A stretch of 63,552 nucleotides of DNA, filler included, from Octopus bimaculoides (lineage: Eukaryota), in NCBI RefSeq assembly GCF_001194135.2. It is 5 parts of 4 records of this genome, joined end to end, with 100 filler letters (N's around TTAATTAATTAA, not from the genome) between each part and the next. Parts side by side here need not be neighbours in the genome. Positions count along the whole stretch, not along the records: positions 42,700 to 59,791 come from NC_068996.1; positions 59,892 to 63,552 come from NC_068992.1; 3 more parts are not named here. One strand, 5' to 3'. This document shows, one piece after another, positions 53,246 to 63,552 of this stretch. The position numbers and the translations under genes were made by a program. The notes under the pieces were generated by a model. That model had not been told where the DNA came from and searched no databases. It saw nothing but the letters and a program-made list of their open reading frames with translations. Numbering within the stretch: the stretch's first letter is position 1; every line of letters begins with the position of its first letter.

Positions 53246-53574
53246 CACACAAACACACACAAACATATATATATATATATGCTGAATTGTGTTTTGGTAT
53301 GGGCAGATTTTTGAAATCCAACGAACCTTTATGCAGATATACTTTTTTAAAGGGATGTGATAAACCTATTATAATGGGTAATACTAAGTGTACTTTATCT
53401 TTTTCTTTTTCTTTTGTGATGTAATCTTTGGACTAGCAGTGTTTGCGGCTGAAGATAGCTTTAAACCATCTTTTATATCAACAATATACCTATACTGATG
53501 TAATGACAGGTTGTTTATAAAGCTTGAAACACGTGTACCGCGATATCCTTTGTGTTCTGTTTTCAATTTATGTT

Positions 53575-53610
<36 letters not shown>

Positions 53611-53803
53611 TCTCAGTCATTAAATTACGGCCATGCTGGGACACCGCCTTAAAGAATTTTTGTCGAAGGAATCGATCCAGGTATTTGTTTAATCCTGGTA
53701 CTTATTCAAACGGGCGCTTTTACCGAACCGCTAAGTTACAGGGTCATAAACACACCAACATCGCTTGTCAAGGTATGGTGGGGTACACACATAATGATGT
53801 GTG

Positions 53804-53851
<48 letters not shown>

Positions 53852-53969
53852 TGTCTATATACGAGGGGATTCTTTCAGTTTCCGGTTACCAAATTCATTC
53901 ACAAAATTTTGATCGGAGCCGGCACTACGTGGTTGGGAAGCTAACCTTTTAGGCACATCCTGAATGTGG

Positions 53970-54019
<50 letters not shown>

Positions 54020-54306
54020 TGTGTGTGTGTATAAAACACATTTAACATGTGTATGGTTATGTGTATATGTACGTAAATGGGTGTGTGAACGTATAAGAAT
54101 GGAAATATACATGCATATTTATGACACGTTTAACATACGCATGATTACGTATATGTGTGTGTAAATGTGTATGTGTAGTGTGTGAGCATATATATATAAA
54201 TATATATATACACATATATATATATAGAGACATTTGTATATATTACAAACACACGGATATTGTCCACATATATTCAGACATACAAGTGAATAAGCATATG
54301 TATGTA

Positions 54307-54374
<68 letters not shown>

Positions 54375-54906
54375 NNNNNNNNNNNNNNNNNNNNNNNNNN
54401 NNNNNNNNNNNNNNNNNNNNNNNNNNNNNNNNNNNNNNNNNNNNNNNNNNNNNNNNNNNNNNNNNNNNNNNNNNNNNNNNNNNNNNNNNNNNNNNNNNNN
54501 NNNNNNNNNNNNNNNNNNNNNNNNNNNNNNNNNNNNNNNNNNNNNNNNNNNNNNNNNNNNNNNNNNNNNNNNNNNNNNNNNNNNNNNNNNNNNNNNNNNN
54601 NNNNNNNNNNNNNNNNNNNNNNNNNNNNNNNNNNNNNNNNNNNNNNNNNNNNNNNNNNNNNNNNNNNNNNNNNNNNNNNNNNNNNNNNNNNNNNNNNNNN
54701 NNNNNNNNNNNNNNNNNNNNNNNNNNNNNNNNNNNNNNNNNNNNNNNNNNNNNNNNNNNNNNNNNNNNNNNNNNNNNNNNNNNNNNNNNNNNNNNNNNNN
54801 NNNNNNNNNNNNNNNNNNNNNNNNNNNNNNNNNNNNNNNNNNNNNNNNNNNNNNNNNNNNNNNNNNNNNNNNNNNNNNNNNNNNNNNNNNNNNNNNNNNN
54901 NNNNNN

Positions 54907-54940
<34 letters not shown>

Positions 54941-55289
54941 TAAGTGTGTGAGTGTGTGTGCGTGTTTAAGTGTATGTGTGATTCTGTGCATGTGTGCATA
55001 TATGTGTGCGTATGTAGATATGTGTACACATACATATACACATATTTATTCTTATACATACACATATATGTACACACTCACACATACAAACATACACATA
55101 TATATACGCAGCGATGGCTGCGTGGTTAAGAAACTAGATTTGCAACCAAGTTGCACGCCTCATCTTGGGCAAGTTACATCTATTATAACCCAGGATGACA
55201 AAATGCTTGAGAGTGATTTTGGTAGACAAAAACTTTGTAGTATATAAATAAACTTATGTACACACATTCACACACAGACCATAGATATA

Positions 55290-55640
55290 TATAACACAGT
55301 CCTGGAATATCCAGCATCTTTCACGCCATAAAATCGAATTTGCCTATACTCCTACAAAGTCCCTAAGTGAAAACTCTGATTGAAAAAAACACCTTACGGA
55401 ATAGCATACGCCAACCAAAATATCTTTAAAAACACCTCACAAGGGCAGAATTCAGATCAGACAATAAATCAGAATTCTTAGTAAAAGAATGCGGAGATAG
55501 GAGACGTGGAATCTGCAACAATATCAACAACTTCAAACACTTGGAAAGTGGCTCAAGAGTGGATCCCTTTTTCAAAATGAATGCAGATATGAACTGCAAA
55601 ACGCAAACCCTCATATACTTTGTTGCATTGGGATGTTCTA
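55290..55640 (+). mobile_element. Penelope-like element fragment (RT-to-GIY-YIG linker)
   Basis: RQPKYL*KHLTRAEF...KECGDRRRGICNNI...FKMNADMNCKTQTLIYFV resembles the R.P.NL..L.RA / CxxxxCxxC / C.S.NVIY pattern of Penelope ORFs. Confidence 0.7.
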
Positions 55641-55728
55641 GCCTTACATATATGTGTGTGTGTACATGTGTATGTGTATATACATGTGTGTGTATGTATA
55701 TACATGTGTGTGTGTGTGCGCGCGTGTG

Positions 55729-55768
<40 letters not shown>

Positions 55769-56759
55769 GTGTGTGTATTCGTTTTATTTTATTTACTGAT
55801 TGATTTTTCAAAGTTATTTTGCAAATATCATGCTAATGTATTTTCATGCAGAACTACACTTAATAAAAAATTCCCTCCAAAAATGAATGTTTGGAAGGCG
55901 TATATTCTAAATATAACTCAAAAAGGAGAAAAAGAAAGAAAGGATTAAAAAGGAAGGAAAAAGGAAAGAAAAAAAGGTGAAAAAGAAAAACAAAAGAGAT
56001 AGAAAGAAAGCAAAAAGACTTTCAGTGATGATCAAACCACACCTATTTTTTTTTAAGAGGTCACCATCCTTAAACCCATTCCAATACAATGGTAAAGGAA
56101 AAAAATAAATAAACAAATGAATAATGAATAGGAAGGTGGATACCCCTTCTCTCTCTCTTTCCCTCTATCCATCTGTCTATCTGTCTAACTATCTATCTAT
56201 CTATCTACCTACCTATATTTCTATCTATCCATCTCCATTGTCTTGGAACCTCACCCAAAAAAACAAAAACAATGTNNNNNNNNNNNNNNNNNNNNNNNNN
56301 NNNNNNNNNNNNNNNNNNNNNNNNNNNNNNNNNNNNNNNNNNNNNNNNNNNNNNNNNNNNNNNNNNNNNNNNNNNNNNNNNNNNNNNNNNNNNNNNNNNN
56401 NNNNNNNNNNNNNNNNNNNNNNNNNNNNNNNNNNNNNNNNNNNNNNNNNNNNNNNNNNNNNNNNNNNNNNNNNNNNNNNNNNNNNNNNNNNNNNNNNNNN
56501 NNNNNNNNNNNNNNNNNNNNNNNNNNNNNNNNNNNNNNNNNNNNNNNNNNNNNNNNNNNNNNNNNNNNNNNNNNNNNNNNNNNNNNNNNNNNNNNNNNNN
56601 NNNNNNNNNNNNNNGTATGTATGCATGTATGTATGTATGTATGTATGTATGTATTTGTCTATGTGTGTACACGAATGTATATATCTACATGTACATTCTT
56701 TTAACCTTTTATGTTTTTCAGCCTAATGGCTGGGGCCATGCTGAGGCACCTCCATGACT

Positions 56760-57330
56760 ATTCTCTTCTGGTTAGTTCACTGTAAAAAAAAGGGAGTTTT
56801 TAATGTTGCCTTCGTTTGAGTTTGTCGTTATATAGGTTTATCTGGGATCTTGCATAATGGAAGTCAAGCTACTCTTTTAAAGCATCTTCCCAAACCCTAG
56901 GCTGGTTAATATCTCTTACAACTTTTTGAGATACTCTTCGAAATAATTCCTATGATTAGGAGTATCTGGTGATCGATATACTGCGCATGCAATTTTGATC
57001 AGTTTAATGTATACTAAGCGTGTGCATCACAAATTGAGTTTGAGTGTGACAGCAAAACTACAGGCGTGACATCTTCCCGGATGTACATCGCAATTCCACC
57101 GTGAGTTTTTTCTCTCCGATCAGTTCGAAATTGATATACTTCGGCATGTGTATCTCAGCATCTGCCATGTCAGCGGCTAGATTAGTTTCTGTTAATGCCA
57201 TACATATTGCTTGATTACGTGTAACTAAATCTCTTGGGAATGAGGATTTGTGCTAGTGAAATGTTACAAGGCCCCTGACCTTCAGCAGGAACACTTGTGA
57301 GACGTATGAGTGTGAGTAGCGGCCAGTTGT
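56760..57330 (-). mobile_element. CR1-type LINE AP-endonuclease remnant
   Basis: Minus-strand MALTETNLAADMADAEIHMPKY, then HGGIAMYIRED and IYRSPD motifs with frameshifts. Confidence 0.7.
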
Positions 57331-57554
57331 CTGACATTTCGGAACGCTTAAGAGGTGATAATAGGTAATGCCGAAGTTGCTTGGCAAGTTTTGAATTCAG
57401 TCATCAATCAGCGAAATTAATTACTGTTCTGCGAGTTACTATGATCACGCACAAACAATAATAATGATNNNNNNNNNNNNNNNNNNNNNNNNNNNNNNNN
57501 NNNNNNNNNNNNNNNNNNNNNNNNNNNNNNNNNNNNNNNNNNNNNNNNNNNNNN

Positions 57555-57590
<36 letters not shown>

Positions 57591-58129
57591 TCCCGGATGC
57601 AATAACAGGCAGTGGCTCTCATGGCTTCTGATCTTAATTGATTGGAAGTGTTATCATGTACATTGTTTTGTCTTGGTATAAAAGATGGGCTACAGCAAAT
57701 ATTCTGCTTAATACCACAGATTTGCTTGTCAGTTGTTTGACCGTAACCAGTTGAGCATATCCCTTGGTGGCTGACGATATGTGCATCTCTGATCATGAGC
57801 AGATGTAGTAGGGAACCATCATAGCCATGTGTTGAGAGGAATTCTTGGGGGTTTGGATAATTCACCTTTGGAAACATGGGTGTTTTGCTCAACATCCTTA
57901 AACAAACCTTATTCAGGGACCTTTTGAGCGGGATGAGCTACTCAACCTGAAGAAAATTCTAACTGGGCTCTCGTTGCAAGGTCATGCACTGTTTATCATG
58001 ATATGAAATCACCATGTCACGCACATATGGTTGTGATGCATGTGCCTGGTGTACCCTTATCAGACGGGTAGTCATGATGGGTATATTTGTACCCCAGTGT
58101 CATTTTAATGGCATGCACTGCTCTCTCTC

Positions 58130-58130
<1 letters not shown>
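57591..58130 (+). mobile_element. About 540-bp non-coding repeat flanked by (AAT)n on both sides
   Basis: Second copy of the 48374 element. (AAT)n at 57555-57588 and 58130-58186. Confidence 0.85.
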
Positions 58131-58190
<60 letters not shown>

Positions 58191-58273
58191 TCATCCAAAG
58201 ATAGAATTTATAAACCTATTAATACATCGCGGTACGTTAAAATATAAAATATTCATAAACCCCATCCTTGAAT

Positions 58274-58330
<57 letters not shown>

Positions 58331-58332
58331 TA

Positions 58333-58378
<46 letters not shown>

Positions 58379-58381
58379 TGT

Positions 58382-58443
<62 letters not shown>

Positions 58444-58944
58444 GATTTATCCTACGTTATATTGGCACAGCTCGGTACGATCCAATAAAACTGCTGTTGC
58501 AAGTTAGAATCACTAGGCCGTAGCTGACATAAGAGCTTTTAGGTACGTACTCCAAAACATAAAAGGTATATGTATGTATATATATATATTCTTTTATTCT
58601 TTTACTTGTTTCAATCATTTGACTGCGGGCATGTTGGAGCACCGCCTTGAAAGGTTTTAGCAGAACAAATCGACCCAAGAATTTACTTTTCAAGCCTAGT
58701 ACTAATTCTAGCAGAATCTTTTGCTGAACCGCTAAGTTATGAGAACGTCAAATTTCATAAGCCCGGTACCCTTAAAAACAACAATTGCAGACACGAAAAC
58801 AAACCTGCACCTCTGGTTGGAAGTGAAATCCCTATAGCACAAGGGGAAGAAATCTTTTAGGTTTGATTGCCAGAACTTGTTGCAAACCTTATTACGTGTT
58901 GGTTTAAATAATTAAATAATTTCTTATTTTAATTTGTGCGACTG

Positions 58945-59280
58945 ACAGCGCATGGCTCAATGATTACAGCATCAGGCTCACAACCATGAGGTAGTGAGCT
59001 CGATTCCCGGACTGGACTGTGTGTTATACTCTTGAACAAGACACTATAGTTCATGTTGATCCAGGTCACTCAGGACTAGAAATGAGTTGCTTCGTCAATA
59101 GTGCCAAGCTGTATTGGACTTTGCCTTTCCCTTGGATAACAATTGTGACGTGCAGAGCGGAGGCTGGTGTGCATGGGCGAATGTTGGCTTTACACAGACA
59201 ACCTAGCTCGGACTTGTGCCTCGGAAGGGAACAGTCTAGGTGCAAACCCATGGTCATTCATGACCGAAGGGTTCTTTACG
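58945..59280 (+). mobile_element. tRNA-derived SINE family B
   Basis: gcgcatggctcaatgatt...gagctcgattccc...ggtgcaaacccatggtcattcatgaccgaaggg. Confidence 0.85.
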
Positions 59281-59434
59281 TTTTAAATAATTATAAAGCA
59301 ATGAATAAAATGATGCCTTTAAAAAGCTCACGCCCGTAGACTCATATGCATATAAACCACAATACTATGTGTGTAAGTATATATATATATACAACAATGA
59401 TATATATAAGTATATATGTATATATATACAACAA

Positions 59435-59791
59435 TGGCTGTGTGGTAAGTAGCTTGCTTACCAACCACATGGTTCCGGGTTCAGTCCCACTGCGTGGCAC
59501 CTTGGGCAAGTGTCTTCTACTATAGCCTCGGGCCGTCCAAAGCCTTGTGAGTGGATTTGGTAGACGGAAACTGAAAGAAACCTGTCGTATATATATATAT
59601 ATATATATGTGTGTGTATGTATGTGTTTGTGTGTCTGTGTTTGTCCCCCCAACATCGCTTGACAACCGATGCTGGTGTGTTTATGTCCCCGTAACCTAGC
59701 GGTTCGGCAAGAGAGACCGATAGAATAAGTACTAGGCTTAAAAAGAATAAGTCCTGGGGTCGATTTGTTCGACTAACGTCGGTGCTCCAGC
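59435..59791 (+). mobile_element. SINE family A, well-preserved copy
   Basis: Head, internal (TA)n(TG)n, and tail up to ggtgctccagc, then a gap. Most CpGs are intact. Confidence 0.92.
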
Positions 59792-59984
59792 NNNNNNNNN
59801 NNNNNNNNNNNNNNNNNNNNNNNNNNNNNNNNNNNTTAATTAATTAANNNNNNNNNNNNNNNNNNNNNNNNNNNNNNNNNNNNNNNNNNNNATAGGTATG
59901 CATATATATATCTATTCCTATTTTAAGAATGCTATACATAGATATAGGCGTAGGCGAATATGTAGAAAGTCTATCTACATCTAT

Positions 59985-60032
<48 letters not shown>

Positions 60033-60036
60033 AGAA

Positions 60037-60089
<53 letters not shown>

Positions 60090-60090
60090 T

Positions 60091-60121
<31 letters not shown>

Positions 60122-60878
60122 CATATATCTATATGTATGTCTAAAGTCTTAGTTTACCATTTGAACACTTTAATATTTCCGTTCCGTACGGAAAAAAAAA
60201 ACATACAACATGCATCCTTTATCACTTTCTCTGTCACCTGCCCACCTCTTTCTCTGTCTACATATGTATGTATGTGTGTGTCTGTGTGTTTGTGTGTGAC
60301 TGTGTATGCCCGTTATGCTAACTGAGGATTTGTGAAATATCGTAATATCTATCCAATCCCTACAACTCCCAGTTGCCTTAACCAAGATCAAAAATGTGCC
60401 ATATATCTTATTCTATCATTCTCCACCCCACCCCCACCCCAACACTCCCACCACCATCTAATAAAACTCCTCTTGTAGTCACAACATTCTTTTTCCTCAT
60501 CAGTATGTGTCCCACGGTATTAGAAAGTCGCCCGCCATAGTTCTTCTCTCATGACTCAGTTTTCTGGATAACGATTAGTCTAACGAGAAACTAATTTTCG
60601 TATTCTTGTTATCATTAACACAGTTAGCCTCTTCCAAATGACATCACGTGGGGATATAAATCTTTCAATACGAAGCATGGATGTTTTATTTGTAGGGAGT
60701 ATGGATATTTTGATGCAAATTGCAAGTGTTTCAAGACATATGTCAACTAGAGATGCATGCAAGATCAAAGTAGTAGCTTCACACTAATCGGATAGGTTTA
60801 TGGTAAAAGACGCTGCTGTCGTTTTATTTTCCAAACAGTGTATCTGGGAGCACATTATCTAATGTATTCTACCTTAGT

Positions 60879-60981
<103 letters not shown>

Positions 60982-61189
60982 TGATAAGGGTTTCGCTGAC
61001 ATTTCTTGTAAATCGAGGTTACATGTAATGTACACGATCTCTTGGTGACTTGGTGTATATCAGGTTTGGATTTTAAAATTCTTGATGCAGTGGCGGCGGC
61101 AGGTGGTGGCGGCTGCAGTGGTAGTGGTGGTGGTGGCAAAAGTATATTGGCAGAATAATTGCACAACTAAGTGTTCCTTAACGAAGTCT

Positions 61190-61420
61190 ACGTTAGTGAA
61201 CCCAGTATACTACAGTGAGTTGAATGTACTCTAGAGAACAAAGTGTACTCCAGTGAACAGTATATACTCTATGGAACCCAGTACACTCCAGGGAACCCAG
61301 CACACTTTATGGAACCTAGTGTACTCCAACGAAATGAATGTACTCTGAGGAACCCAAAATACTTCAGGGAACCCAGTATGCTTCAGTGAGTCCATTCTAC
61401 TCCATTGAACGCAGTGATTC
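61190..61420. repeat. Degenerate minisatellite (about 19-bp unit, ggaacccagtatactcca-like)
   Basis: About 11-12 recurrences of gaacccagta/gtactcca variants. Confidence 0.75.
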
Positions 61421-63209
61421 AACGATAACCGTAAGGAAAAAAAAAAAACAGAAATAAAGAATTAAAATAAGCAAGTAGGGTACAAAATTTCTACTAAGAA
61501 ACAGATACTAAATAGCTAATAACTGTTTTTGCCTTCCCCCACCTCCACCACTATCACTAGTAAAATTAGTAGCACCTCCACCAACACTAGTGTCATCACC
61601 GCCACCTCCACTATCACCACTAATGACAAGAGTTACTTTGACCAATCGCTCATATCAACAGCATCTCCATCACAACCATTTACTAATACCAACATCCACC
61701 CTCGTCTATCCCATCTCCCCCACCACACTCATCCCCCCTTTCCCACCCCCGCTCTTCCCCCACACCACCCCACAGGTTTTTCTGACATTCGAACATTTTG
61801 TATGATCCTATCATTTACAGCTCTCACGGAAATTTGCTGTAATGGAAATGCATTACTATGGAAGAAATTCAGAAATCGCTGTTATCCGAAATCAACTGAC
61901 CCAGATGTTCAATGATGTGGTCACCATTAAAACCAATACATTGACCAACGTGATATCAGAGATATGAGAGGAGGAAGAAGAAGAAAAAAAAGAAAACGAA
62001 GAACAGGATCAATGACAAGCTTCTGTTAGAGACGGACGAACAAAGCAAGATGGCCGGCTGTATTCAGTAACAATGCTTCATTGGTCAAAGTCATTTTCTA
62101 TAAAAACTGTTCGGTGTACAGTGTTCAGTTAACAACGTTGAATATCTTAACGGCCACTTTGATCGCTACGATTGGTCTGCTTAATATTTAATGAGCTAGA
62201 AGTCAATATTGTCTGACCAGAGGCATTAAAACTTCATTTAATCGCCCAACAAACATTTGGCCTCGCTTCTCATGCTTCACAAAGTCCATTAGTACACCTA
62301 TATCGAGCTCTGTTAGAATAATTCGTTTTATTTTCAGAAAACAACCGAGGCTTCTCTCGATGCGCTTAACAAAAACCTCATTCTCATTCACTAGTGTCTT
62401 AAATACCTCACATCTACAATGTCCAAAGTTTCTAAGGATTGGAAATAAGGACGTTTAAGATGCAGCGTTAATTAATAGATGGGATATTGTACAATTTATT
62501 TTCAATACATAGGTAAATAATACACACATGCGTAAATACATACATACATACATACATACGCATACACGTATGTATGTATATTTTCTCTTCCACTTGTTTC
62601 AAGTATTAAACTGTGGCCATTTTGAGCTACCGACTTAGTCGAACAATTTAACCCCCAGTGACTTTTTATTTTCTAAGTCTGGTAGTTATTCCATCGACCT
62701 CTTTTGCCAAACCGTTTAATTAAGGACACATAAGCACAACGATTATCAACCTGTGGTAGTGGCGCCAACAAACACACACACACATACTAACACACACATA
62801 TATATATTGAGAGAAAGAGTGTGTGTGGGGGAATGAGAGACAGACACACAGACAGATCCGAGTATAAGGTAATCTCATGATCTTGTTTTTCGCCGAAACA
62901 TATTTTTAGCTGCGATGTAAAAGGTTGATATTTCGACTGCTTATTTTCATAGCGAAGCAAAAAATTTTGTGCTTCCACGAAATAGAAATTGTTAGTTTAC
63001 ACTGCAACACATTATTTCTAAAAAGCCGAACGTTTTGGAAATGCAAGACACAAATCATAAATAAAAGGCACAAAACTCTATCTTTGTATCAGGCATTGAG
63101 TACTAAATCTGTACTTCGATTGAACCAAATTTAAAGTCTCGCCAACAGAGGAAGAGCCGGTTTCTACCCTAGATCCAAGGCTCCATCATTTCAACATCAA
63201 CAAGTATGT

Positions 63210-63419
63210 ATGTGTGCATGTATGTATATACACACATACACACGTATTTATATGTATGTATATATAAATATATATATGTATGCATCTATATCTATCTATC
63301 TATATATATATATATATACATACATATATATATATACATACATACATATATATATACATATATATATATATATACATACATACATATATATATATACATA
63401 TATATATATACATACATAC

Positions 63420-63464
<45 letters not shown>

Positions 63465-63552
63465 CATACATACATATATATATATACATACATACATATA
63501 TATATATACATATATATATATACATACATACATATATATATATACATATATA
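63210..63552. repeat. Compound (TA)n/(TACA)n array
   Basis: Directly visible. Confidence 0.95.

Noticed and set aside
62203-63134. ORFs MNENEVFVK... (62203-62391, minus) and MIFRLLIF... (62925-63134, plus)
   Set aside because: Short, with no motifs and no consistent exon structure.

Overview
Eukaryotic, AT-rich, extremely microsatellite-dense draft-assembly sequence with many N gaps. The SINE families and the (TA)n/(CA)n/(GATA)n/(AAT)n load look like an octopus genome (inference; no database search was possible). No protein-coding gene could be identified with confidence, and nearly all listed ORFs are translated microsatellites or gaps. Supported content: (i) decayed retrotransposons, namely two RLE-type R4/Dong-like LINE families, CR1-type ends, an RTE-like end and Penelope-like pieces; (ii) several tRNA-derived SINE families, two copies with clean target-site duplications; (iii) small DNA-transposon derivatives (Tc1/mariner, pogo/Tigger-like, piggyBac-like); (iv) a few isolated exon-like segments of unknown genes. 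The most interesting signals are: microsatellite-targeted retroelements partitioned between (AAT)n and (CATA)n; a palindromic head-to-head tRNA-derived element; a SINE/LINE shared 3' end with a compensatory stem change; unexplained long foldbacks; and a CpG-depleted block of about 22 kb (about 20.5-42.5 kb) that may mark a methylated gene body. I found no prokaryote-type system (CRISPR, operon), and I cannot claim a confirmed novel biological system. Coordinates of degenerate repeats are approximate.
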